The notes: generated by a model from the letters alone, not told the origin. A stretch of DNA of 64,000 nt from Solirubrobacteraceae bacterium (GCA_035483545.1 DATHPS010000018.1:745-64744); one strand, 5' to 3'. Counted from the first letter of the stretch, positions 1 to 10,470 are shown. A program made the numbers and translations.

Positions 1-2610
1 GGTCCGATTGTGAATGTGACGCCGGCGGTCGGTGAGTCGGCGGAGTTCGCGCTGGAGGAGAGTGCGGGGCAGCAGACGCCGTTGTTGACGGCGCACCTCG
101 TGCGAGTCGAAAACCCCGCCACAAAACAGCACGAATACGGGTTTACCGTTATCAGCGCCTCGATCCCATTGGTCTCGCTCGAGCGGTTTGAATTGACGTT
201 TTGGGGTGTGCCAGCAGACGCAAGCCACAACGCAATGCGCGGACGATTCTGCCTCACGCATGACAAAGAAGAGCCGTTTACGCCGTCCGCTTGTATTGAA
301 CCGGGCGGGAAGTCTGCGGGTGTGACGCCGGTGCCGTTTCTGTCGCTGCCGACGGATTGTGCGGCTGGCCCGGAGACAGCGACGATCCGTGCGGACTCGT
401 GGGAGGAACCGGGCAGCGTGCAGGAAGGCCGGTACAGCAGTGCGTATGTGGAAGCGAGTGCGACGTTGCCGGGGGTGACGGGTTGTGGGGGGTTGTCGTT
501 TGATCCGGGGGTGGAAGTGCAGCCTGATACGTTGCTTGCGGATGCGCCGGTTGGGTTGGGTGTGGATTTGCAGGTTCCGCAGAGTGAGGTGGCGGAAGCG
601 CCGGCGACGCCGCATGTGCGTGATGCGGTCATAACGTTGCCGGAGGGACTGTCGATCAGCCCCGGGATCGTCGACGGCATCCAAGCCTGCAACGAATCCG
701 GGCCAGAAGGGATCAACTTCGAAGGCGGGGAATCTGAAGAAGTCGGGCCGAGCGGCGAACTGCAGCTTGCTGCAGGGCACTGTCCTGCCGCGTCGATCGT
801 GGGGACCGCAGAAGCCGTCACGCCGCTACTACCAGAACCGGTACGCGGTCATGTGTATCTCGCGCGGCCGCTGTGCGGCGGCGCAGGGGAGGAAGCGTGT
901 ACGGATGCGGACGCGCTTGATGGGCGTTTGTATCAGTTGTATTTGGAATTGGGTGGTACGGGGGCGCTGGCGAACACAGGGATCAATATCAAGGCGCACG
1001 GGTATGTCGAGGCGAACCCTGCGACGGGGCAGCTGACGACGAAGTTCCTCGAAGACCCCCAAGCTCCGTTCAGCGAACTGAAGGTCCACCTGAACGGCGG
1101 CCCAAGGGCACCGTTGGATAACCCCGCGGTCTGCGGTTCGGCGGTCACGACGAGCGATCTGACGCCGTGGAGCGCACCAGGCCTAACGCCCGAAGGGACG
1201 CTGGTCACGGGTCTGGGCGACGCGACACCGTCCTCGTTCTACACGGTGGAAGGTTGCGCTAGCCCGCCGGGTTTGCGTCCTGGGTTTTCGGCGGGGACGG
1301 TGAGCCCGCAGGCGGGCGCGTATAGCGCGTTCACGCTGAACCTCACGCGTGGGGATCGGGAACAGTACGTCAAGGGTATCCAGGTTCATACGCCGCCCGG
1401 GTTGTTGGGGATGCTCTCAACCGTCACCTTGTGCGAAGAAGCACAAGCCGATAGTGGTAGCTGCCCCCAAGCCTCCAGGATCGGCACCACCAGGGTCGCC
1501 TCCGGGGCCGGCTCGCACCCCTTTGAAATCGAAGGGACGGTCTACCTGACCAAGGGGTACGGGGGTGCGCCGTTTGGGTTGAGTATCGTGACTGATGCGG
1601 TTGCGGGCCCGTTCAACCTGGGGTTGGTGGTGGTTCGGGCGCGGATTGATGTGGATCGGGAAACGTCGGCGTTGACGATCACGACCGATGAAACCGGCGC
1701 GTATGCGGTGCCGCAGATCCTCGACGGTGTCCCATTGCGGTTGAAAGAGGTCACGGTCAACATCGACCGCCCAGGGTTCATGTTCAACCCGACGAGCTGC
1801 GCCGCGAAGCAGATCACCGCCGTGGTGTCCGGTAGCGGGCAGGCGAGCGCGAACGTCACGGCACCATTCGCCGCCTCGGGCTGCAAGAGCCTTGCGTTCA
1901 AACCCAGCTTCCAGGCGTCCACCAGCGGGCATACCAGCCGTGCGGGTGGCGCGAGCCTTGACGTGCGGCTCTCCTACCCCGCCGGGTCGGTCGGGGTCGA
2001 GGCGAACATCGCCAGCGTCAAGGTGTCGCTGCCCAAACAGCTACCGTCGCGGTTGACGACGTTGCAGAAGGCCTGCCCCGCCGCACAGTTCCAAGCCAAC
2101 CCAGCAGGATGCCCACAGGCCTCGATCGTTGGGGTCGTGCGGGCCAGCACGCCGCTACTACCGGTCGGCCTCACGGGCCCGGCGTACTTCGTCTCCCACG
2201 GTGGCGAAGCGTTCCCGAGCCTCGTCGTCGTCCTACAAGGCGATGGGGTACGCGTGGACCTGACCGGCAGCACGTTCATCAGTGCGCAGGGGATCACGAG
2301 CAGCACGTTCAAGACGGTCCCCGACGTCCCCGTCGGCACATTCGAGCTCTACCTACCCGAGGGCAACTACTCCGCGCTCGCAGCGAACAGCAGCCTCTGC
2401 AAGACGGCGGGCAAGCTCGTGATGCCAACCGAACTCCACGCCCAAAACGGCGCCGTCATCCACCAGAACACCAAGATCACCGTCACCGGCTGCAACACCA
2501 AACCAAAGAAGACCACCAAGCACAGAAAGACAGCCAAGAAAACGAGGGCAAGCAGACCGAAACCTAGCGGGAAGACCGCAGCCGCCGCGAACCGGAGGAC
2601 AAACAAATGA
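1..2610 (+). CDS. Large Cys-containing secreted/surface protein, 5'-truncated by window edge, with internally repeated beta-rich domains and a Lys/Arg-rich C-terminal tail
   Basis: Frame open from base 1. Three similar modules (CPAASIVGT / CPQASRIGT / CPQASIVGV followed by G.VYL or G.AYF). Tail TKPKKTTKHRKTAKKTR. Confidence 0.8.
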   Translation, partial: GPIVNVTPAVGESAEFALEESAGQQTPLLTAHLVRVENPATKQHEYGFTVISASIPLVSLERFELTFWGVPADASHNAMRGRFCLTHDKEEPFTPSACIEPGGKSAGVTPVPFLSLPTDCAAGPETATIRADSWEEPGSVQEGRYSSAYVEASATLPGVTGCGGLSFDPGVEVQPDTLLADAPVGLGVDLQVPQSEVAEAPATPHVRDAVITLPEGLSISPGIVDGIQACNESGPEGINFEGGESEEVGPSGELQLAAGHCPAASIVGTAEAVTPLLPEPVRGHVYLARPLCGGAGEEACTDADALDGRLYQLYLELGGTGALANTGINIKAHGYVEANPATGQLTTKFLEDPQAPFSELKVHLNGGPRAPLDNPAVCGSAVTTSDLTPWSAPGLTPEGTLVTGLGDATPSSFYTVEGCASPPGLRPGFSAGTVSPQAGAYSAFTLNLTRGDREQYVKGIQVHTPPGLLGMLSTVTLCEEAQADSGSCPQASRIGTTRVASGAGSHPFEIEGTVYLTKGYGGAPFGLSIVTDAVAGPFNLGLVVVRARIDVDRETSALTITTDETGAYAVPQILDGVPLRLKEVTVNIDRPGFMFNPTSCAAKQITAVVSGSGQASANVTAPFAASGCKSLAFKPSFQASTSGHTSRAGGASLDVRLSYPAGSVGVEANIASVKVSLPKQLPSRLTTLQKACPAAQFQANPAGCPQASIVGVVRASTPLLPVGLTGPAYFVSHGGEAFPSLVVVLQGDGVRVDLTGSTFISAQGITSSTFKTVPDVPVGTFELYLPEGNYSALAANSSLCKTAGKLVMPTELHAQNGAVIHQNTKITVTGCNTKPKKTTKHRKTAKKTRASRPKPSGKTAAAANRRTNK

Positions 2611-5012
2611 CACCCAGAACAAAAGTCCTAGCGCGCCCGCGGCAGGCGATCCGCCGGGCTGCCCTAAGGTTTGCCGCGGTTGCTCTGGCTGTGGTCGTGC
2701 CGGCTGTGGGTGTTGCGCAGGCAGCACCGGCGCCGGTCAAGGAGATCTTCTCGAGCCAGATCACAAACGGCTTTTCTTTTCCGACGGGTGTTGCGGTGAA
2801 CGATGATCCCGCCAGCCCCGATCACAACGATATCTATGTCACCGATTTGGGGCATCACCGTGTGCAGGTCTTGACCGCGAGCGGGGTGTTTGTCGCGATG
2901 TTTGGGCTTGAAGTCAACCAGACCAAGACCCAGGTCGTGCAGGCGTTGCGCGGCAACGGCGAAACACCGACGGAGAAAGAGCTCGAAGAAGAGAACCTCT
3001 GCACCGCCGCATCAGGCGACACCTGCCAGGAAGGCGAAGGAGGCGAAAACGCCGAAGCGCTGCGGGAACCCGAAGGTATAGCAATAGACCCAAACAGCGG
3101 AGACGTCTACGTGCAGGACTTCGGCAACTCGCGCGTGGATGAGTACACCGCCGAAGGCAAGTTCATCCTGACCGTCGGTCGCGAAGTCAACGAAACCGAG
3201 GACCACACGATCGGGGCGAGCGAAACAGAAAAGAACATCTGCACCGCCGTATCCAAAGACACCTGCAAAGAAGGCATACGAAGAGAACCCGAAAGCAGCG
3301 AACACGACGCGTTTGACTTCGCGCAAGGCGGTGACATGCTCACAGTCGGCGGCCCCGAAGACCTGCTGTATGTCGGGGAAGAACATCGTGTACAAGAGCT
3401 CAAGCCCAACGGCGAATGGGCCGGCGAATTTCCCGTCTCCGGCACCATATCAGCATTGGCGATTGATAACAACAACGACACCGTCTACGCCGTCTACGTT
3501 GAAGAACCGGTCATTCACGAGTTTGACGCGGCGACCGGCGCGGAACTCGCGAGCTCGATCACGGTCCCCGGCGCGACGAGCGTGAGTGGGGTCGCGGTTG
3601 ACCCGACCGGACGGCTCGCCGCATCGGTATACGAGTTTGTCGAAAGGCCACAAGAACAAGAAGGAGAAGAAAAGCTATTTGGGGACCTCTATGAAGCCAG
3701 CGATGGCCATCTGATTTCAACGATTGCTGTTCCAAGTAGTTTGCGGATATTTAAGGCTCTTAGCTTCAGCGAAAACGGGGACCTCTATGCGAGTGCGGTG
3801 TACTCGGCTGTGTTGGCGTATAATCTCAAGCCGGTCGGTGAAGTGCTGGCGAGTCCGGCGACGTGCGCGCCGGGGCCCTTGAGCGGCTCCTCGTTGACGC
3901 TTGCGTGTACGCTAAACGGGGAAGTGAATCCGCAGGGCGTCAGCGAAACCGAAGCGTTCTTCGAATGGGGCAGTACACCGGGGCTGGGGCAGCAGACCGC
4001 CAGGGTACAGGTCGAAGCACCTGAAGCGGTGCACGCGGTCGTCGTAGCGAGGCCGAACGAGACGATCTACTACCAGCTCGTGGGATACGACCACAACGTA
4101 AAAGCCCCGGAAGATCTCCTCAGCGAAACGCTCTCAAAACGCACACCAAGCGTCGCGCCGCGGATCGTCGGCACCCCGACTGCCTCCTTCGTGAGTTCCT
4201 TCTCAGCCGAGCTCCTCGGCGAAGTGAACCCCGAGAACACCAACACGACCTACGCCTTCCAGTACGCGCCGGCCTGCAACGCCACCGAAGACCCATGTCC
4301 GCCGATCGCGGAAGCTCCCGGCATACACGAGACCACACTCCAGCAATCCCCAGACTACGGCCCGGTCGGCACGACCGCGGAAATTACGGGGCTACAACCC
4401 GCAACAACCTACCGCTACACCCTCACAGCCAAGAACGCAGAAGGCCAGGCGGCGCTCAGCGAAACCGGCTCCAGCACGCTCCCACAAGGGACGTTCACGA
4501 CCGGCCCCGCACCCAGTGTCGCGGCGGCCACCGGCGCGCCAAGCGCGGTCACCACGACCAGCGCCCTGATCTCAGGCAGCGTGAGCCCCGGCGGCCAGCC
4601 CGCCACATACATCTTCGAACTCGGGGTTTACATCGGGGCGAGCACCGTCTACGGTGTCGTGCTCTCCGGGACTGTCCCCGCCGAAACCCAGGCGGCAGCC
4701 GAGTCCGAGCAGCTCACCGGACTGCAACCCGGCACCACCTACGCCTACCGCATCACGATCCGCAGCGGCTACGGAGAAGCCACCGGCACAAGCGCGACGT
4801 TCACAACCGAAGGCCTCCCCGCGATCCTCACCTCCCCACCCACCGGTACCCTGCTCCCCACACCCAGCATCGCGTTCCCCAACACCACGGCTCCCAGCAA
4901 AGACGCGAAGGCGAAGAAAGAGAAGACGAAGCACAAGAAAACCAAGCACGCGGCTCGCAAACAGAACAAACGGACAAGAGCACGCCACAAAGCGGCCAAG
5001 CAGAAGAAATAA
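2607..5012 (+). CDS. Secreted NHL-repeat beta-propeller plus fibronectin type III-like protein with Lys-rich tail
   Basis: Signal peptide (AAVALAVVVPAVGVAQA). NHL-like FSFPTGVAV..IYVTDLGHHRVQV and EPEGIAID..VYVQDFGNSRV. FN3-like GLQPATTYRY and GLQPGTTYAY. ATGA overlap with upstream gene. Confidence 0.85.
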   Translation: MTPRTKVLARPRQAIRRAALRFAAVALAVVVPAVGVAQAAPAPVKEIFSSQITNGFSFPTGVAVNDDPASPDHNDIYVTDLGHHRVQVLTASGVFVAMFGLEVNQTKTQVVQALRGNGETPTEKELEEENLCTAASGDTCQEGEGGENAEALREPEGIAIDPNSGDVYVQDFGNSRVDEYTAEGKFILTVGREVNETEDHTIGASETEKNICTAVSKDTCKEGIRREPESSEHDAFDFAQGGDMLTVGGPEDLLYVGEEHRVQELKPNGEWAGEFPVSGTISALAIDNNNDTVYAVYVEEPVIHEFDAATGAELASSITVPGATSVSGVAVDPTGRLAASVYEFVERPQEQEGEEKLFGDLYEASDGHLISTIAVPSSLRIFKALSFSENGDLYASAVYSAVLAYNLKPVGEVLASPATCAPGPLSGSSLTLACTLNGEVNPQGVSETEAFFEWGSTPGLGQQTARVQVEAPEAVHAVVVARPNETIYYQLVGYDHNVKAPEDLLSETLSKRTPSVAPRIVGTPTASFVSSFSAELLGEVNPENTNTTYAFQYAPACNATEDPCPPIAEAPGIHETTLQQSPDYGPVGTTAEITGLQPATTYRYTLTAKNAEGQAALSETGSSTLPQGTFTTGPAPSVAAATGAPSAVTTTSALISGSVSPGGQPATYIFELGVYIGASTVYGVVLSGTVPAETQAAAESEQLTGLQPGTTYAYRITIRSGYGEATGTSATFTTEGLPAILTSPPTGTLLPTPSIAFPNTTAPSKDAKAKKEKTKHKKTKHAARKQNKRTRARHKAAKQKK

Positions 5013-5121
5013 AAGCCACAACATCCATGTTTTGCCGGAAACGCGATACGCCTACGTCCAATGCGAGGACCGCCGGCTTTTCACACGTAACTATTTATGG
5101 TGGAAGACGGCATTTAACCGA

Positions 5122-5151
5122 TTGACAGCGTCACCCGCTGTCGGCTAGTGT
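5122..5151 (+). promoter_or_regulatory. Sigma70-type promoter overlapped by an inverted-repeat operator
   Basis: TTGACA (5122-5127), 18-nt spacer, TAGTGT (5146-5151). Perfect inverted repeat GACAGCG-N5-CGCTGTC at 5124-5142. Confidence 0.55.
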
Positions 5152-5248
5152 CGGTTTTACGGTGACTTCTACGGGCCGCTGCGGCGATGTGTCCGCGGCG
5201 GTTTTCGGTTGCCGGCTCGTTACATCAACCACTCATAGGAAGGTGTGT

Positions 5249-5848
5249 ATGAAAACGATCAAGACGCTGCTCGTCGCTCTTACCGCCGTGCTTGCTTTGA
5301 CGGCGGTATCCGCTACAGCCGCCTCGGCGCATGCGTGGAAGGAGCAGGGCAAAATACTAAAAGCAGCCGTCAAATTCCATTCGACGCAGGAGCTCCGTTT
5401 CTCCGAAAAATCTGGCCTCGAACTCGAATGCGCGGTTGTCGAGGAAGGGACAGTCGGCCCGGGCGCGGCAGGCGAAATCACGAGCGCCAAAGCGAGCGAA
5501 TGCCATTCACTCGCGGGTTGCGAAGCTAGTCACAGCATCGAAGTCGAAGCCTACAGCGGGCTGCCGTGGAAGACTGAACTCGTCACGCTCTATGAAGGGC
5601 TACGCAACCGCATCACAACGTCGGGCGCAGAGTGGAAGATCCACTGCACAGTCTTAGGTTCGAATTGGATTAACTATTGTCAAATCACGCCGAACATGGC
5701 GGTTAAGAACGGCACCAGCGGCGCGGAAGAGATCTATGACGGCGAGGCACCCTACGGCAACTGCGTCTACGGGCCGGGAGGAAACTTCAACACGAGGGGA
5801 AGTGGAGTCCTCAAGAGCTCGAATGGCATCGAATTCGAGGCCGAATAG
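5249..5848 (+). CDS. Secreted Cys-rich beta-sandwich-like protein of unknown function
   Basis: AGGAAGG upstream of ATG 5249. Signal peptide MKTIKTLLVALTAVLALTAVSATAASA. Six Cys in the mature part. Confidence 0.8.
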   Translation: MKTIKTLLVALTAVLALTAVSATAASAHAWKEQGKILKAAVKFHSTQELRFSEKSGLELECAVVEEGTVGPGAAGEITSAKASECHSLAGCEASHSIEVEAYSGLPWKTELVTLYEGLRNRITTSGAEWKIHCTVLGSNWINYCQITPNMAVKNGTSGAEEIYDGEAPYGNCVYGPGGNFNTRGSGVLKSSNGIEFEAE

Positions 5849-6097
5849 CAACGAAGCTAACTCCGTATAGGGCTCCCGCAGAACACGCGGAGCACGGCTG
5901 CCAGCGCAACAGAAGTGTTGGCAGCACGCAGCGACCGTAACTGGACGGGGCCTGCGGGCCCCGTCCAGGCCGGCCGACGGGCGATGCGGGTCGGGAGCGA
6001 GCAAGCCGCGGCGCCAGTTGGATGGTGGCGTTCGCGATGCAAGCGGAGCTCGGGTGCGCGCAGCCAACGCCCGCGCAAGACGACTAGCCTGCAACCG

Positions 6098-7198
6098 ATG
6101 AAGGCATGCCGTCATAGACGCCTGCTGGAGGTCCGCACCCGCGTGTTCTCATCCCTCGCCGTCGCGCTCGGCCTGGCCGTGGCGGCGCCGGTTGCCCAGG
6201 CGAGCGAGTCGCGCTCGGCCGCCACCAAGGTCGCCCTCGCAGCGGGTAAGGCCGACGAGGCCGCCACCGCCGGCGCACTGCAGGCCTTCGTCCTGACCAG
6301 CTCGCCCGACTCGTTCGCCGACCTCCAGGCTCACCCCGGCGCCGTCGGCGTCATCTACCCCACGTACTTCCAGTGCGCCGTGCCCAGCGGGGTCGTGCAG
6401 GGTTCCGGCGATCCCGAAGTAGACGCCTATGCCGCCGCGCACGCGCTCGCCGAGCTACCGCGCTTCAGCTGCCAGGACGGCGCTACCGTGCACCGCATCC
6501 TCACCGAGCCGCGCCTGCGCGCGCGCACGCTCGCGCGGCTGCTCGCGCTTGCCGCCGGTCCCGCATACGCCGGCCTCAATCTCGACCTCGAGAACGACCG
6601 CGCCCGCGACCGCGCCGCGCTCAGCTCGTTCGTCGCCGCGCTCGCCGCGCGCCTGCACGCCGCGCACCGCAAGCTCGCCGTCGACGTCGACGGGGTCCTG
6701 CGCGAAGACCCCCACCGCGCCACCTACCTCTACAACGACGCCGCGATCGCCGCCGTCGCGGACACCGTCTTCGTGATGGCCTGGGGCATCCATTGGGAAC
6801 GCTCCGACCCCGGGCCCGACGCGCCACTGCCCTACGTCGAAGGCGTCGCCCGCCGCCTTGCCCGCCTCCCGCACGCGCGGCGCTTCGTGCTCGGTGTCCC
6901 CATGTACGGGCTCGACTGGCCCGCCCGCGGCGGGCCCGCCCATCCCGCTACCGCGCTGCAGTACGCCGGCGTCCTCGCCCTCGCGCACACCGTCAGCGCC
7001 ACGCCCACCCGCGATCCGGCCTCCGGCGAGATGACCTTCTCCTACACCCGCGCTGGGGTGATCCATCACGTCTGGTACCTCGACGCCCGCGCGATCGCCG
7101 CACGCCTCGCGCTCGCCCGACGCTTCGGCCTCGCCGCCGGCCTCTGGCGGCTCGGGGAGGAGGACCAGGAAGTGTGGGGGGCGCCCGGAGTGGCGTAA
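6098..7198 (+). CDS. Secreted glycoside hydrolase family 18 (YaaH/chitinase-like)
   Basis: GH18-like GLNLDLE motif, VMAW, LGVPMYGLDW and GLWRLGEED. Signal peptide. TAGCCT -10 box 7 nt before ATG 6098. Confidence 0.85.
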   Translation: MKACRHRRLLEVRTRVFSSLAVALGLAVAAPVAQASESRSAATKVALAAGKADEAATAGALQAFVLTSSPDSFADLQAHPGAVGVIYPTYFQCAVPSGVVQGSGDPEVDAYAAAHALAELPRFSCQDGATVHRILTEPRLRARTLARLLALAAGPAYAGLNLDLENDRARDRAALSSFVAALAARLHAAHRKLAVDVDGVLREDPHRATYLYNDAAIAAVADTVFVMAWGIHWERSDPGPDAPLPYVEGVARRLARLPHARRFVLGVPMYGLDWPARGGPAHPATALQYAGVLALAHTVSATPTRDPASGEMTFSYTRAGVIHHVWYLDARAIAARLALARRFGLAAGLWRLGEEDQEVWGAPGVA

Positions 7199-7230
7199 GA
7201 GGCCCGGGAAGCTTGGGGCGCGCCTGGGGT

Positions 7231-7255
7231 CCCCGAAGCGGCCTTTCGGGGTGTC
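7231..7255 (+). terminator. Putative intrinsic terminator hairpin after the GH18 gene
   Basis: CCCCGAA-N7-TTCGGGG stem. Confidence 0.4.
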
Positions 7256-7300
7256 TCCCCGCTGCGTAGCACGATGTAATTTTTGCGATACGCTTGTTTG

Positions 7301-7744
7301 ATGGCCACCAAGTCGACCCCCTTCAGCATGCGTCTCTCCAAGCGTGTCGAGGCGCTCGTCGACCAGGAGGCCGCCCGCACCGGGCGTAGCCGCGGTGCGA
7401 TCGTCGAGGCGCTCGCCGAGGAGGCTCTGCGGATGAGACTGTTCCCTGGGATCGCCTTCCGCGGCATCGACTGGGAGCGGCGCGCGTGGGTCATCGGGAC
7501 CGCACTCGACGTCTGGCAGATCGTCGACGCCCACCGCGACGTCGCGTCGGTCGCGCGCATCGCCGAAGGCGGCGCCGCCGACGAGCGCCAGATCCGCCTC
7601 GCCCTTGCCTACTACGAGCGCTTTCCCGAGGAGATCGACGCCGCCGTTGCCGAAAATCGGCGCACGATCGAGCAGCTCCAGGACGAGTTCCCATTCATCG
7701 CCGTCAGCCGCACTCCGTCTGAGCATCTGTCAGACGCTCCGTGA
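7301..7744 (+). CDS. Antitoxin, ribbon-helix-helix plus DUF433-like domain
   Basis: PFSMRLS..RSRGAIVEALAEE (RHH), then FPGIAFRG..RAWVIGTALDVWQIV..LALAYYERFPEEID. GTGA overlap with the toxin gene. Confidence 0.8.
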   Translation: MATKSTPFSMRLSKRVEALVDQEAARTGRSRGAIVEALAEEALRMRLFPGIAFRGIDWERRAWVIGTALDVWQIVDAHRDVASVARIAEGGAADERQIRLALAYYERFPEEIDAAVAENRRTIEQLQDEFPFIAVSRTPSEHLSDAP

Positions 7745-8106
7745 AGCTCTTCCTCGACGCGCACATCTCCGGTCCGCGAATTGCTACCGCCCTGCGCGAG
7801 CAAGGCCACGACGTTCGCGCCGCCGACGAAGAGCGCTCCTTGGACGGCTCCACCGACGAGGATCTGTTGACGATCGCCGCTGCCGAAGGACGGATCTTCG
7901 TCACCTTCGACGTCAAGGACCTCCCCGTCATCGCGCGCCGCTGGGCCGAGGCGCAACGCAGACACGCGGGCTGCGCGATCGTCGTCGGCGTCGATCACGG
8001 CCAGTTCGGAGCGATTCTCGACACGATCGCTCGCCACCTCGCCGCACGCCCCCAGCAGGCCGACTGGGTCGACCTCACGCTGTTCCTCGCCCGCGCTACG
8101 CCCTAG
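7741..8106 (+). CDS. PIN-like toxin (DUF5615/VapC45-like)
   Basis: MKLFLDAHIS..LREQGHDV..DEDLL..AAAEGRIFVTFD..D pattern. Confidence 0.85.
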   Translation: MKLFLDAHISGPRIATALREQGHDVRAADEERSLDGSTDEDLLTIAAAEGRIFVTFDVKDLPVIARRWAEAQRRHAGCAIVVGVDHGQFGAILDTIARHLAARPQQADWVDLTLFLARATP

Positions 8107-9076
8107 CCTTCGTCATCTGGCGCTCCGGCGAGATCCGCACCACGTCCCAAACCAGCCCCACCTGCTCCAGCGCCCAGATCACCCACGCCGAGGGGTCCAG
8201 CTGCCACCAGCGCAAGCCGTGCCGCGCCGACGTCGGGAACGCGTGGTGGTTGTTGTGCCACGACTCGCCCATCGTCGGCAGCGCCAGCCACAGCAGGTTG
8301 CGCGACTCGTCCCCCGTCGCGAAACGCCGCCGGCCGAAGAAGTGACACAGCGAGTTGATCGAGAACGTCGCATGGTGCAGGAACAGCACGCGCACCGCGC
8401 CGCCCCACAGCAGGCCCGTCAGGCCGCCCACCACCGTGCCCGTCAGCGCCACCCCCAGACCGAACGGGAACGCCATCCCCAGCACCACCCACAGCAGGAA
8501 CGCCCGGTCCACGAAGCGCGTCGCCCGGTCCGCCAGCAGGTCCTTCGCATAGCGCTCCGAGCTCGCCCGCCCGCTGCCCGACGGGCCGACCGTCCAGCCG
8601 ACGTGCGCGTGATACAGGCCCCGCACCGCCCCCAGCCAGCCCTCGCCGTGCGTCGTGTGCGGGCTGTGCGGATCGCCCGCTTCGTCGGAGAAGCGGTGGT
8701 GCTGGCGGTGCGTCGCCACCCACTCGATCACCGGCCCCTCGATCGCCGCCGAGCCCAGCGCCCCGAACAGCACCCGCAGCGGCGCGCTCGTCTTGAAGCT
8801 CCGGTGCGTGAACAGCCGGTGGTAGCCCACCGTCACCCCCAGGCCCGTCAGCACGTACGTCACCGCCAGCACCACCAGGTCCTGCCACTGCAGCACGCCA
8901 CCCCAGGCGAGCCACGACGCCAGGCCCAACAGCGCCAGCGGCAGCAACGTCACCGTCAGGTTCGCGATCCGGTCGAGCGTCTCGTGCGCGCCCACCACCA
9001 TGTCCTCGCCGATCGCCCCCGCGACCAAGCCCGCGCCGTCGTGGCGCGTCTCACTGCCCGTCTGCATCGGGGTCAT
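8096..9076 (-). CDS. Delta-9 acyl-CoA/fatty acid desaturase
   Basis: His boxes GYHRLFTH, HRQHH, HNNHH; transmembrane segments. Confidence 0.93.
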   Translation of the reverse strand: MTPMQTGSETRHDGAGLVAGAIGEDMVVGAHETLDRIANLTVTLLPLALLGLASWLAWGGVLQWQDLVVLAVTYVLTGLGVTVGYHRLFTHRSFKTSAPLRVLFGALGSAAIEGPVIEWVATHRQHHRFSDEAGDPHSPHTTHGEGWLGAVRGLYHAHVGWTVGPSGSGRASSERYAKDLLADRATRFVDRAFLLWVVLGMAFPFGLGVALTGTVVGGLTGLLWGGAVRVLFLHHATFSINSLCHFFGRRRFATGDESRNLLWLALPTMGESWHNNHHAFPTSARHGLRWWQLDPSAWVIWALEQVGLVWDVVRISPERQMTKARA

Positions 9077-9164
9077 CACGAACCCCTTTCCGGCCGCGCT
9101 CCCAGCCGTTCCGACCGGGCCCACTTCCGCTGGTGTCCACCGAGGCTACTCCTTTGCGGGGCCG

Positions 9165-9752
9165 CTATGCCGAAGTCCCCAGCGCCGAGCGCACCGCCGC
9201 CACCGCGCTCGCGCCCGCGATCTCCATCGGCTCCGTCGTGCGCAGCGCGCGGCTGAAGAGGAACGCGCCCTCCAGCAGCGAGAGCATCGCGAACGCCAGC
9301 TCCCGCGCGCGCTCGCGAGGGATCTCGGCGGCCACGAAGAGCTCCGTCGCGCCCGCGATCCAGCTCGCGAAGACCTCCGCCGTCGCCTCGCGCAGCGTCT
9401 CGTTCGTGCTCGCCACCTCCAGCGCCACCGTCGCGATCGGGCACGCGTCCGCGTAGTCGGTCTCGCGCAGCGTCTGCGCCGCGCCGCTGAAGAAGCTCTC
9501 CACCGCGCTCAGCGCATCCGGAGCCGCCAGCGCGATGCCCGCGAACAACTCGCTGTAGAGCCGGCCCGAGGTGCGAATTACCTCCGCTCCCAGCTGCTCC
9601 TTGCCGCCCGGGAAGAAGTGGTACAGCGAGCCGAACGGCGCGCTCGCCTCCGCGACGATCTGCTTCACGCCCGTACCCGTGTAACCCTGACGGCGGAACA
9701 GCTCCGCGCTCGAGTCCACGATGCGCTCCCTGGTGGTGTTCGTGCCCGCCAC
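9165..9752 (-). CDS. TetR-family regulator (LmrA/YxaF-like)
   Basis: TRERIVDSSAELFRRQGYTGTGVKQI..GSLYHFFPGGKEQL; CPIATVALE. GAGGGAGG RBS before GTG 9752. Confidence 0.9.
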   Translation of the reverse strand: MAGTNTTRERIVDSSAELFRRQGYTGTGVKQIVAEASAPFGSLYHFFPGGKEQLGAEVIRTSGRLYSELFAGIALAAPDALSAVESFFSGAAQTLRETDYADACPIATVALEVASTNETLREATAEVFASWIAGATELFVAAEIPRERARELAFAMLSLLEGAFLFSRALRTTEPMEIAGASAVAAVRSALGTSA

Positions 9753-9817
9753 GCCGACCTCCCTCGATCGCTTCTCCCGCACCCGCCGCGTCGCGCGGAT
9801 GATACGCTCCAGCTTAC

Positions 9818-9829
9818 TAGAGCGATCTA
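9818..9829. promoter_or_regulatory. Putative TetR operator
   Basis: TAGAGCGATCTA near-palindrome between divergent tetR and NTF2-like genes; resembles the TAGAnCGnTCTA core of LmrA/YxaF boxes. Confidence 0.55.
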
Positions 9830-9860
9830 TCAAATCAGCGTCGAGCGTTAGGAGCGTGCC

Positions 9861-10385
9861 ATGCCCAATTCGAAGCTCTCAGCGAGACGGAGCAAGTACC
9901 TGTTCGCCGCCGGTGGCGCCGCCACCGCGATCGCCGCGCGCACCCTGTTCGTGCGCGCCCTGCTGTTCAAGCTCCGGCGCGACGTTCGCGCTCTGAACCG
10001 CGGCGACTATCGCCCGCTGCTCTCCGTCTTCGCCGAGGACGCCGTCCTGGTCTTCAACGACGGCGCGCACCGCTGGGCCGGCGAGCACCGCGGCAAGGCC
10101 GCCATCGAGCGCTTCCTGCAGAGCTTCGTCGCCGCCCGCATCGAAGGCGAGATCATCGAGCTGCTCGTCTCCGGGGTGCCCTGGCGCATGACCCTCGCCG
10201 TGCGCTTCGACGACCACGCACACGACCCCGCGAGCGGCGCCGAGATCTACCGCAACCGCACCGCGCTCGTCGCCCACACCCGCTGGGGACGCATCGTCCG
10301 CCAGGAAGACTTCTACGAGGACACCGCGCGGATCGAGGCGCTGGAGCAAAGGCTGGTCGAGCTTGGGGTGGCGGTGGCTCTTTGA
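9861..10385 (+). CDS. SnoaL/NTF2-like family protein
   Basis: ALNRGDY..FAEDAVL..GEHRGKAAIERF..GRIVRQEDFYED. Confidence 0.8.
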   Translation: MPNSKLSARRSKYLFAAGGAATAIAARTLFVRALLFKLRRDVRALNRGDYRPLLSVFAEDAVLVFNDGAHRWAGEHRGKAAIERFLQSFVAARIEGEIIELLVSGVPWRMTLAVRFDDHAHDPASGAEIYRNRTALVAHTRWGRIVRQEDFYEDTARIEALEQRLVELGVAVAL

Positions 10386-10470
10386 GACGCGCCCTGTCTG
10401 GGTAGGCGTACTCATGTCCGCACTCGCCATCATGTGAGCCTGCGGGTACCCGACTCCCCGCCGCAAGCCC

